Source: Candidatus Methylomirabilis limnetica (GTDB lineage: Bacteria > Methylomirabilota > Methylomirabilia > Methylomirabilales > Methylomirabilaceae). Taken from it: 32,000 nt of DNA. Below the pieces are notes generated by a model. That model was not told the origin of the DNA, did no database searches, and saw only the letters and a program-made list of their open reading frames with translations. Shown one piece after another: positions 18,844 to 25,973 of this stretch. Each line of letters begins with the position of its first letter. The first letter of the stretch is position 1. The position numbers and the translations under genes are program-made. The stretch is from positions 29,714 through 61,713 of the forward strand of contig NZ_NVQC01000011.1 in assembly GCF_003044035.1 (NCBI RefSeq). The letters run 5' to 3'.

Positions 18844-18860
18844 AAACACCTAAGTAGTTA
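18844..18860 (-). repeat. dispersed repeat copy C (core only: AAACACCTAAGTAGTTA)
   Basis: 17/17 identical to the core of copy A and 16/17 to the reverse complement of copy B. It lies 4 nt beyond the MFS gene stop. Confidence 0.75.
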
Positions 18861-18863
18861 CCA

Positions 18864-20177
18864 TTACAGAATGTCGTCTTTCGTTTCGCGCGTGGCGTAC
18901 AGGCCCGCAAGCGAGAGGATCGCTGCGGCGGAAAGGTAGTAGCCCACGTACTGCAATCCGTATGTCGTGGCGAGATAGGTGGCGGCGTAGGGCGTAAGCG
19001 ACGCGCCGAAGAGGCCGGCTAGGTTGAAGGTCATGGAGCTCCCAGAGTAGCGCACCGACGCGGGAAACAACTCGGACAGCACCGTGCCGAGCGGACCGTA
19101 TACGAGGCCCATCAGACACATCCCCACGACCATCGTCATCACCGCGCCCGCTGTACCGGCGGCGAACATCGGCGCGAATACCAGACCGAACACGACGATG
19201 CCAACGTTCACCCACATCAGCATGCGGCGGCGCCCCCGCTCGGCCATGACAGCGCCGATCGGGATCGTCAGCGCGAAGAACAGGATGCCGAACAACTGTA
19301 TGATCAGGAATTGTTCGCGGCTATACCCGAGCGCGCTCGTTCCCCACGACAGCGCGAACACCGTCATCAGGTAGAAGATGACGAACGCGGTGAGGGACAC
19401 CAGGACCCCGAGGAACAGCGTTTGGGTGTGGTGCCGGAGGACGGTCAGTAGCGGCACCTTCACGCGCTCGCGCTGATTGAGGATCTTGACGAAGACGGGC
19501 GTCTCGGTAATCGTCAGCCGCACGTAGAGGCCAAGGAGTACGAGCGCGGCGCTCGCCAGGAAGGGGATGCGCCAGCCGAACGCAAAGAACTGTTCGTCGG
19601 TCAGCCACGCGGAGAGCGCCAGGAAGATGCCGCCGGAGAAGACGAATCCGATCGGCGCGCCGAGCTGCGGGAACATGCCGTACCACGCCCGCCTGCCGGG
19701 AGGAGCATTCTCGACGGCCAGGAGCACGGCGCCGCCCCACTCACCGCCGAGACCCAGCCCCTGGCCGAAGCGGCATAACGCGAGGAGGATCGGCGCAGCG
19801 ATGCCGATCGTGTCGTACGCGGGGAGTGCGCCAATGGTGACCGTGGACACGCCCATCGTGAGCAGTGCGGCGACCAGCGTGACCTTACGGCCGATGCGGT
19901 CGCCGAAGTGGCCGAAGACCGCGGAGCCGATCGGTCGCGCGACGAATGCGATTGCGAACGTCGCCAGCGAGGCGAGCGTTGCCGCGGTCGGATCGGACGC
20001 CGGAAAGAACAGACGGGGAAAGACGAGCACCGCCGCCGTGGCGTAGATGTAGAAGTCGAAGAACTCGATCGTGGTGCCGATCAGGCTCGCAAACAGGACC
20101 TGGCGCGGACTGTTAATCGGCTTGGCGGGCGAGGGGTGGTTGTTGCTCACACCGTGGGAGAGATCACGTCTCGACAA
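18864..20177 (-). CDS. MFS transporter, metabolite:H+ symporter (MHS) family
   Basis: 437 aa, multi-TM. N-terminal LIGTTIEFFDFYIY and loop FGHFGDRIGRK are typical of ProP/KgtP/ShiA-type MHS proteins. The start (TTG 20177) is uncertain. Confidence 0.85.
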   Translation of the reverse strand: MSRRDLSHGVSNNHPSPAKPINSPRQVLFASLIGTTIEFFDFYIYATAAVLVFPRLFFPASDPTAATLASLATFAIAFVARPIGSAVFGHFGDRIGRKVTLVAALLTMGVSTVTIGALPAYDTIGIAAPILLALCRFGQGLGLGGEWGGAVLLAVENAPPGRRAWYGMFPQLGAPIGFVFSGGIFLALSAWLTDEQFFAFGWRIPFLASAALVLLGLYVRLTITETPVFVKILNQRERVKVPLLTVLRHHTQTLFLGVLVSLTAFVIFYLMTVFALSWGTSALGYSREQFLIIQLFGILFFALTIPIGAVMAERGRRRMLMWVNVGIVVFGLVFAPMFAAGTAGAVMTMVVGMCLMGLVYGPLGTVLSELFPASVRYSGSSMTFNLAGLFGASLTPYAATYLATTYGLQYVGYYLSAAAILSLAGLYATRETKDDIL

Positions 20178-20328
20178 ACGACCATCCGTATTTCATTCCA
20201 ATGTCTCCTGTCCACCCTCTATTTCTTCTCCCACTTCTCTTTGAATTATCCGATTAGCGGCGGCCCGATCGCGTAGCGCAACCAACGGCATAGTGTTTGG
20301 GCGGTCCGCTCGACGATCGGAATGGGCG

Positions 20329-20706
20329 CTAATGTGAATACTGTAGCGTGCCTGTGAGTTTTGGTGATAGGAAGGCGTATACGATTACGCCTATAAGAAC
20401 CCCTATACCATCCGCCAGCAAGTCGAGCGGGTCACCAAAACGGGTGCTAGTAAGCGCGCCTTGCATGACCTCAATGATAACTCCATGAGTTATTAAGCCA
20501 AAGAAAACGGGTCGCAATCTTTGCGGAAAAGCAAAACATCCCATGATGGAAAGGATGGAGTAGGCTAAAGCGTGTTGCGCCTTGTCCCAAAACTGAAAAG
20601 CCTTTGGAATGGAAGTACTTGGAATTAAAGCGAGTAATGATACGAGAGCGAGGCAGATACAAAACAGTAGCGGCATGTAACGAAGAATTTTAATCGTTTG
20701 TCTCAT
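20329..20706 (-). CDS. VanZ-like family membrane protein
   Basis: 125 aa from ATG 20706. Four hydrophobic segments, with DKAQHALAYSIL and HGVIIEVMQ...R.GDPLDLLADGIG blocks typical of VanZ-like proteins. The region is visibly AT-richer than its flanks. Confidence 0.65.
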   Translation of the reverse strand: MRQTIKILRYMPLLFCICLALVSLLALIPSTSIPKAFQFWDKAQHALAYSILSIMGCFAFPQRLRPVFFGLITHGVIIEVMQGALTSTRFGDPLDLLADGIGVLIGVIVYAFLSPKLTGTLQYSH

Positions 20707-20920
20707 ATCGGTAAGATCAACACGGTTATTGGAGAAGCACAACCATTGAGCATACTGACCGACATACCACCATCCAAACCTTTGACGGATGCGGCGATTC
20801 TCCTGTCTTTTAATGAGCTTGTCAAGTCCGCACGGCACCGATTGTTAAGGTGGACCCCAAAACAGCGATAGAAAGTTGTCATTGCGAACGAAGTGAAGCA
20901 ATCTCCCATTGTTGCACCGA

Positions 20921-20962
20921 CACAACAGACGCAATGACGCGATCGACGCCATAGACGCAATG
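20921..20962 (+). repeat. ACGC-core tandem array R1 (4 cores)
   Basis: cacaacagACGCaatgACGCgatcgACGCcatagACGCaatgg. Immediately followed by TGGTAGAAT. Confidence 0.85.
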
Positions 20963-20971
20963 GTAGAATAC

Positions 20972-21001
20972 TTGCTTCCTGCGGTGATTCCACGCTATAA
21001 T
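20972..21001 (+). promoter_or_regulatory. candidate sigma70-type promoter of the Fic cassette
   Basis: TTGCTT-18 nt-TATAAT. The -10 is bracketed by the inverted repeat CCTGCGG/CCGCAGG. AGGAG lies 9 nt before ATG 21022. Confidence 0.4.
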
Positions 21002-21021
21002 CTCCGCAGGAGCTGCGTAGA

Positions 21022-22125
21022 ATGTATATCCATGAGCGTAAGGACTGGCCCCGGTTTAACTGGAACCGCGAGCTGTTCGCTGAGCCTCTCGCCGACGTTC
21101 GCCACCGACAGGGTCGGCTGATCGGCCACATGGAAGCCCTCGGATTCAATCTCCGCCAGGAGGCCGTCTTGCAAACCCTCACGTCCGATGTTCTCAAGAG
21201 CAGTGACATCGAGGGCGAGAAGCTGGATGCTGAACAGGTCCGGTCCTCGATTGCGCGCCGCCTCGGTCTGGATATCGGCGCCTCCAAGCCCGCAGACCGC
21301 AATGTCGAGGGCATCGTTGAAATGATGCTCGACGCCACGCGCCATTATGACCAGCCACTCAGCGCCGAAAGGCTCTTTGCGTGGCATGCGTCCCTGTTTC
21401 CCACCGGGCGCACCGGCATGACCAAAATCAGGGCAGGGGCCTGGCGTGACGACAGCACCGGTCCGATGGAGGTCGTCTCTGGCCCGGTTGGGAAGGAGCA
21501 CGTCTATTATCAAGCGCTCCCGGCACCACGGGTCGATGGGGAGATGCGTGCGTTCCTGGAGTGGTTCAATGCCAACGCCGACAGTGATCCGGTCTTGAAA
21601 GCTGGACTGGCCCACCTCTGGTTCGTCACCATCCACCCGTTTGATGACGGCAACGGCCGCATTGCGCGCGCCATCGCCGACATGGCCCTGGCGCGCTCAG
21701 AAAATAGTCCGCAGCGCTTTTACAGCATGTCAGCGCAAATCCGGCAGGAGCGTAACGCGTATTACGACATTCTTGAAGAGACGCATAAGGGGACGATGAA
21801 CATCACGCCCTGGATGGAATGGTTCCTCGGCTGTCTGGGCCGCGCCATCGATGGTTCACAAACCACTCTGGCCGCAGTCCTCGCCAAGGCGCGCGTCTGG
21901 GACGCGCTAGCCGGTGTTGCGATCAACGACCGGCAACGCCTTGTGCTCAACCGTCTCCTTGATGGCTTCGAGGGTAAGCTCACGACATCGAAATATGCGA
22001 AGCTCGCCAAGTGTTCCCAGGACACCGCCCTCCGTGACATTCTGCCGCTCGTCGAGCGCGGTATCCTTGTCCGCAACCCGAAAGGCGGGCGGAGCACGAG
22101 CTATGCGCTCGCTCCGCTACGATAG
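21022..22125 (+). CDS. Fic family protein (DUF4172 N-terminal domain, Fic core, C-terminal winged-helix)
   Basis: 367 aa. Fic active-site motif HPFDDGNGRIAR (HPFx[D/E]GNGRxxR). An N-terminal inhibitory-helix-like motif SSDIEG ([S/T]xxxE[G/N]) lies upstream of the core. Confidence 0.9.
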   Translation: MYIHERKDWPRFNWNRELFAEPLADVRHRQGRLIGHMEALGFNLRQEAVLQTLTSDVLKSSDIEGEKLDAEQVRSSIARRLGLDIGASKPADRNVEGIVEMMLDATRHYDQPLSAERLFAWHASLFPTGRTGMTKIRAGAWRDDSTGPMEVVSGPVGKEHVYYQALPAPRVDGEMRAFLEWFNANADSDPVLKAGLAHLWFVTIHPFDDGNGRIARAIADMALARSENSPQRFYSMSAQIRQERNAYYDILEETHKGTMNITPWMEWFLGCLGRAIDGSQTTLAAVLAKARVWDALAGVAINDRQRLVLNRLLDGFEGKLTTSKYAKLAKCSQDTALRDILPLVERGILVRNPKGGRSTSYALAPLR

Positions 22126-22156
22126 AGCGATGCGTGCAACCGACCATCTTGGGTCT

Positions 22157-22281
22157 ATTCCGTCTTTTTCGTCACTGACCACCCGACCAAATAGACTAGA
22201 TAGACCAAGCAGACGCAATCAGCGCCGTACGCCGCACGCTGCACGCAACAGACTCAATGACGCAACAGACGCGATAGACGC
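22157..22281 (+). repeat. ACGC-core tandem array R2 with leader box (7 exact cores plus degenerate units)
   Basis: Leader ATTCCGTCTTTTTCGTCACTGACC (22157-22180), then degenerate units (ACCA/ACTA), then cagACGCaatcagcgccgtACGCcgcACGCtgcACGCaacagactcaatgACGCaacagACGCgatagACGC. Confidence 0.85.
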
Positions 22282-22323
22282 ATGAAAGTTGTCATTCTCG
22301 CCGGTGGTGTCGGTACCCGCATC
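22282..22323 (+). pseudogene. N-terminal relic of a sugar-phosphate nucleotidyltransferase
   Basis: ATG directly abuts array R2. MKVVILAGGVGTRI equals the canonical N-terminal G-loop of RmlA/RfbF-type enzymes. After codon 14 the ORF loses all resemblance to the family. Confidence 0.35.
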
Positions 22324-22368
22324 TTCATGCCTGGGAGGGATAGCGCCATATACCTGTTCCCCCATTTC

Positions 22369-22397
22369 TTGACATTTATATCCATAGGGCTCACAAT
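22369..22397 (+). promoter_or_regulatory. candidate promoter of the RHH-MazF cassette
   Basis: Consensus -35 TTGACA, a 17-nt spacer, then CACAAT. AGAGG lies 7 nt before ATG 22431. Confidence 0.4.
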
Positions 22398-22430
22398 CTT
22401 ACCAAACGTCATACTTAATAGAGGTCTCCT

Positions 22431-22712
22431 ATGCCTACCGTTACAGATCGGTCTCCAAAATCCAAGATCACGGTCACGCTGAGTCCGGACGTAGTCCGTC
22501 AACTGGATGCCCTCCTTGACCTCCCGGGGAACCGCTCCCGAAGCCTCCTGGTTGAAGAGGCCATTCGCCGGTGGCTTCAGGAGCACGCTCAGAAGCAGAT
22601 TGAACGCCAGGTTGAGGATTATTACCTTTCCCTCTCCAAGGCCGAGCGCAAAGAAAATGAAGCGTGGTCCAAAACCTCCGCTCGCGCGGCCAAATACATC
22701 TGGGATAAATAG
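22431..22712 (+). CDS. ribbon-helix-helix (CopG-like) type II antitoxin
   Basis: 93 aa. A KITVTLSPDVVRQLDALL beta-strand/helix start, immediately upstream of a MazF/PemK toxin gene. Confidence 0.75.
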   Translation: MPTVTDRSPKSKITVTLSPDVVRQLDALLDLPGNRSRSLLVEEAIRRWLQEHAQKQIERQVEDYYLSLSKAERKENEAWSKTSARAAKYIWDK

Positions 22713-22717
22713 CCACC

Positions 22718-23065
22718 ATGCCATATCCTGGCCGAGGCGAGATTTACATGGTCAAACTCCCATGGCATCCTTCCGACACTAAAAATCGGCCCGCTCTTGT
22801 TGTGTCAATGGACGTTCGCAATCGGCTGGCCAGCGATGTCATTGTGGTGCCTGTAACCTCGACCCTTCGGCCCGCGCCCACCCATGTCGAACTGCCTGCC
22901 GGAGAGGGAGGCCTCAAGCAAACCTCCATGGCCAAGTGCGAGCAGATCACCACGCTGGATAAATCGTTTCTCCTTCGCGGCCCCTTTGCCGGAACGGTGC
23001 GCCCATCGCTCATGCTTGAAATCGAAAAAGCTATCCAACGGGCCATCGGCATTCCGATCGTTTAA
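22718..23065 (+). CDS. mazF: type II toxin, MazF/PemK family endoribonuclease
   Basis: 115 aa. RGEIYMVKL......K.RPALVVS.D..N....DVIVVPVTS...P..THVEL, then ..KCEQITTLDK. Confidence 0.85.
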   Translation: MPYPGRGEIYMVKLPWHPSDTKNRPALVVSMDVRNRLASDVIVVPVTSTLRPAPTHVELPAGEGGLKQTSMAKCEQITTLDKSFLLRGPFAGTVRPSLMLEIEKAIQRAIGIPIV

Positions 23066-23122
23066 ATAGCGTGTGGCACGCCTTCCCCCGTAGCATCACG
23101 CTTCGCGTACCTCCGCACCCCC

Positions 23123-23148
23123 CAGACGCAATCGACGCGATGACGCAA
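23123..23148 (+). repeat. ACGC-core tandem array R3 (3 cores)
   Basis: cagACGCaatcgACGCgatgACGCaag. Confidence 0.7.
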
Positions 23149-23290
23149 GCCGTGCGGTGATGGCGGCCTGATCAATGGCGGGTTCTTAGTACTCTCCCCG
23201 CGCGATGCCGCGCATCCGCTGCTCGATGGTGATTTTCGTGGGACCGAAACGTGAAACCCGCCGATAGCCCTGAAAGTCTTCTTGCTTTGG

Positions 23291-23311
23291 TTATACCAGT
23301 ACAGGTATAAT
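23291..23311 (+). promoter_or_regulatory. operator palindrome overlapping a consensus -10 (HigBA-like cassette)
   Basis: TTATACC-agtaca-GGTATAA is a perfect 7-bp inverted repeat. TATAAT at 23306-23311 lies 6 nt before ATG 23318. Confidence 0.5.
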
Positions 23312-23317
23312 AAGCAC

Positions 23318-23528
23318 ATGCCATTCCTAAGAAAAACCGATCGAATGGGTGGGGAGCAGCAAAAAGGATTTGATGGCGCTTCCTGCCGACGTGCGGAAGT
23401 TCTTCGGCCATGCCCTGGACTTCGCACAGCGCGGCGATCAGCATGACGCGGCGAAGGTGCTCAAAGGTTTCGGCGGTACCGGCGTACTTGAGGTGGCCGA
23501 AAACGCTTGCAAAGGAGCGACGAAATGA
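23318..23528 (+). pseudogene. HigB-like toxin relic (RelE superfamily, phage Gp49/DUF891 type), frameshifted and C-terminally truncated
   Basis: Frame from 23337: PIEWVGSSKKDLMALPADVRKFFGHALDFAQRGDQHDAAKVLKGFGGTGVLEVAEN, then ACKGATK*. This matches the N-terminal half of this toxin family. The ATG (23318) is in another frame and is joined by removing one A of the A5 run at 23332-23336. The C-terminal half of the family is absent. The stop overlaps the antitoxin start (ATGA). Confidence 0.65.
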
Positions 23529-23860
23529 AAAAAAGGCTCATTAATGGTATCGAGGCGGAAAGCAGCTCCGGCAATGTGTTTGCTGACCTGGGCCTGCCGA
23601 ATGCCGACAAGCTCAAGATCAAGTCCGGCTTGGTGATCAAAATCACCCAGGCCGTGCGCAAGCTGGGCTTGACTCAAGAAGAAGCCGCCCGTCGCATGGG
23701 GATCACCCAGCCGAAAGTGTCCGGCATGATGCGCGGCGACTTTTCCAACTTATCCGAGCGCAAGCTGATGGACTGCCTGAACCGGCTTGGCTACGACATC
23801 GAAATCAAGGTGAAGCCGGCTGCGGAGCCGGTCGGCCACCTCGTGCTGGCTGTCGCTTGA
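23525..23860 (+). CDS. XRE-family HTH antitoxin (HigA-like partner of Gp49-type toxins)
   Basis: 111 aa from ATG 23525 (AAGGAG 8 nt upstream). SSGNVFADLGL...LTQEEAARRMGITQPKVSGMMRG.F..LSERKLMDCLNRLGYDIEIKVKP. Confidence 0.85.
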   Translation: MKKRLINGIEAESSSGNVFADLGLPNADKLKIKSGLVIKITQAVRKLGLTQEEAARRMGITQPKVSGMMRGDFSNLSERKLMDCLNRLGYDIEIKVKPAAEPVGHLVLAVA

Positions 23861-23962
23861 CCGGATTCAGGAAGCACCTCGCCCCGCTGCGTCACCGCCC
23901 GCAGTCATTGGCAATCGCCGTCGGCTGACTTACGTACTTGTTACATTTGTCCTTGTTGTCAG

Positions 23963-23991
23963 GTCTTTCTCGTCACAGACCAAACAGACGT
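23963..23991 (+). repeat. vestigial array: leader-like box plus two degenerate units
   Basis: GTCTTTCTCGTCACAGACC matches the R2 leader at 17/19 positions. It is followed by aaacagACGT. Confidence 0.5.
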
Positions 23992-24147
23992 TTGAGCGGT
24001 TGGTTGACGCGGAGCTAGCGGGCAGCGTCTTCGCAATGATGGATGCTAAGGTCCACCACGGGTTAGCCCGATCCATTTGTTCAGATGCCGGACAACTTAT
24101 TAACGCTCTCAAAATACTAACTTTACGTGATCGAAGAACCCTTCTGA

Positions 24148-24194
24148 CCTCCCTTTGCCAAAGGGAGGATTTACCCCTCTTTGGAAAAGAGGGG
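24148..24194. repeat. pair of GC palindromes (CCTCCCTTTGcCAAAGGGAGG; CCCCTCTTtggaaAAGAGGGG)
   Basis: Same style as 18197-18240. They lie in a 0.55-kb stretch with no convincing coding potential. Confidence 0.6.
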
Positions 24195-24461
24195 CGAGGG
24201 GAGATTTTAAGATTGCTGTCCAAATCCGGTCTTTCAAAAATCCTATGTTGGACAAGTATGATTGGGATGTGTTATTGCGAGTGTTACGCTGAGATTGTCG
24301 CGCACCCTTCGGGTACTCGCAATGACGTACACATGAACGGATTGGGCCGTCAATGCCTATTTGTGGGGTGGATGAGGTGCTGGCGGTTGGGGGGCGTGAT
24401 AAGCTGAAGAGAAATGTTCAGCTTCAAGGGACGAGTTACGAAGTCGTCATGGGGTAGAAAC

Positions 24462-24518
24462 CACTTGCAACGCAACTCGGCGCAGCTAATTGGCAATATC
24501 GTCACTGAGGTGAGATAC
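24462..24518 (+). pseudogene. 57-nt relic of an ABC-exporter membrane domain
   Basis: HLQRNSAQLIGNIVTEVRY versus HLPRNSAQLIRNIIAEVGM of the ORF at 27914-27970. About 45/57 nt are identical by hand alignment. Confidence 0.5.
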
Positions 24519-24654
24519 TAGACTTTCTCCGGGATCATCCTTGGCGTGTTGCTGTTCACTGAACCCTCGACTCGGTGACGCTATAGACACCACCCCTCGT
24601 TTGGCCTAAAGTGTTGGCACCAGTGGGGCACGCTGCGGGAGACCTGAAACCGGC

Positions 24655-25004
24655 ATGGTAGGCCACATGGACCAAGTAGTGCGGACATTTGCAACGGAGT
24701 TGAGAGGGGCTGGGGCCTCGTGTGCGGCAGATCCTGCTCTTTGGCTCCAGGGCCGAGGGGACGCTGGGGAAGGGTCTGATGATGACATGCTGGTGGTCAT
24801 CGATCAGCGCACGCCCGAGCCGTACTGGACGTTGAGCGGGGGCTCATGGATCGCTATGGGGTCTTGGTATCGACGATCCTTCGCAGCGAGGAGGAATGGC
24901 AACACAGTCAGGCTTTCGCCTTGGCTCGTAATATCATACGGGAAGGCGTACCTTGTGAAGGACGAGCTCGACCAACCAGACGCAATAACACAATAACGCC
25001 ATAG
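24655..25004 (+). pseudogene. nucleotidyltransferase (MNT-type antitoxin-like) with at least three frameshifts
   Basis: Family-like segments lie in three frames: MDQVVRTFATELRG (frame of 24655), GPRVRQILLFGSRA (24713-24754), RGDAGEGSDDDMLVVIDQRTPE (from 24754) and VLDVERGLMDRYGVLVSTILRSEEEWQHSQAFALARNIIREGV (from 24822). Confidence 0.65.
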
Positions 25005-25044
25005 ACGCAATAAACGCTATGAACGCAATGAACGCCATAGACCG
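24977..25044 (+). repeat. ACGC-core tandem array R4 (6 cores)
   Basis: cagACGCaataacacaataACGCcatagACGCaataaACGCtatgaACGCaatgaACGCcatagaccgg. Contains the first codons of the next CDS. Confidence 0.85.
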
Positions 25045-25432
25045 GACACTCAAGCAGGCTCTCCTGGCTGCTATCTGCATTCAGCCGGGTATCGGGCTGG
25101 TCATTATGTTCGGTTCGCTGGTGGCCGGCAAGGGGCGTATGGAAAGCGATCTGGACCTGGCGGTAGACGCGGGGCGCCGCCTGACGGCCAGCGAGAAAAT
25201 AGCGCTGATCTCCGAGTTGGCGAGAAGAACCGGCCGGCCGATTGACCTGGTGGATATCCACACCGTTGGCGAGCCTCTTCTGGGGCAGATTCTTCGGCAC
25301 GGAAAAAGGTTGCTGGGCAGCGATACGCACTACGCCAACCTGATCCGCAGGCACCTCTTCGATCAAGCGGACTACCTGCCGTACCGCAACAGAATCCTCG
25401 CTGAAAGGAGGCAGGCATGGATCGGGAGGTGA
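25019..25432 (+). CDS. mntA: nucleotidyltransferase antitoxin MntA (MNT domain)
   Basis: 137 aa. The FGSLVAGKGRMESDLDLAV motif (GS-x-G...D-x-D) and a 16-nt overlap with the downstream HEPN gene. The start (ATG 25019 or 25028) lies inside array R4 with no SD, so it is uncertain. Confidence 0.8.
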   Translation: MNAMNAIDRTLKQALLAAICIQPGIGLVIMFGSLVAGKGRMESDLDLAVDAGRRLTASEKIALISELARRTGRPIDLVDIHTVGEPLLGQILRHGKRLLGSDTHYANLIRRHLFDQADYLPYRNRILAERRQAWIGR

Positions 25433-25833
25433 TCGAGCACAAGCTCGAATCCCTGCGCCGATGTCTTCAGCGCGTCGCGGACAAATGCCCGCCCAACCCA
25501 GAAATGTTGGAGCGAGACCCCGATCTTCAAGATATTATCGCGCTCAACCTGACCCGTGCCGTGCAATTGTGCGTGGACATCGCCGCGCACCTTATTGCCG
25601 GCATGGAAGTGCCACCACCGGATACGATGGGCCAAACCTTCGATGCCTTGGCCAAGGCTGGCGTGATCCATGAGAACCTGGCAATGCAACTGAAGCAAGC
25701 AGTGGGCTTTCGTAATGTCGCCGTGCACAACTACGAGGAAATCAACTGGACTATTGTCCACACCATTGCCCGCCATCACCTTGGCAATTTCACAGAATTC
25801 GCTAGGGTTATTGTCTCCAGATTGGCAAGATGA
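25417..25833 (+). CDS. hepT: HEPN-domain toxin HepT (DUF86)
   Basis: 138 aa. The R-x4-H motif is in GFRNVAVHNY, and the helical DUF86 pattern is present. Confidence 0.85.
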   Translation: MDREVIEHKLESLRRCLQRVADKCPPNPEMLERDPDLQDIIALNLTRAVQLCVDIAAHLIAGMEVPPPDTMGQTFDALAKAGVIHENLAMQLKQAVGFRNVAVHNYEEINWTIVHTIARHHLGNFTEFARVIVSRLAR

Positions 25834-25835
25834 CC

Positions 25836-25956
25836 ATTCCGTCTATCTCGGCACAGCCCAAACCAACGCAATCAACGCGATGACGCAACAGACGCAATAA
25901 ACGCCATAGACGTAATGACGCAATAACGCAATGACGCAATCAACGCTATAGACGCC
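25836..25956 (+). repeat. ACGC-core tandem array R5 with leader box (10 cores)
   Basis: Leader ATTCCGTCTATCTCGGCACAGCCC (19/24 match to the R2 leader), then ccaACGCaatcaACGCgatgACGCaacagACGCaataaACGCcatagacgtaatgACGCaataACGCaatgACGCaatcaACGCtatagACGCc. Confidence 0.9.
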
Positions 25957-25973
25957 TTCCAGCCTTCAACTTC

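Noticed and set aside
20871-22296. Exact 13-mer GAAAGTTGTCATT shared between 20871-20883 and 22284-22296
   Set aside because: Several exact 13-mer pairs are expected by chance in 32 kb. The two copies also have different positions relative to their arrays (38 nt upstream of R1 versus directly downstream of R2).
23062-23444. Minus-strand ORFs 23062..23427 and 23172..23444, and a short frame ending ..GPTKITIEQRMRGIARGEY*
   Set aside because: There is no start/RBS context and no family I can name. They run antisense through array R3 and the HigB-relic promoter. The third frame may be another gene relic, but the evidence is too thin to call.
23861-24420. 135-aa ORF 24000..24407 and the overlapping minus-strand ORF as genes
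   Set aside because: The ORFs are built from GC palindromes and repeat-like sequence (..KGG..-type translations). There is no RBS and no family resemblance. Treated as non-coding repeat DNA.
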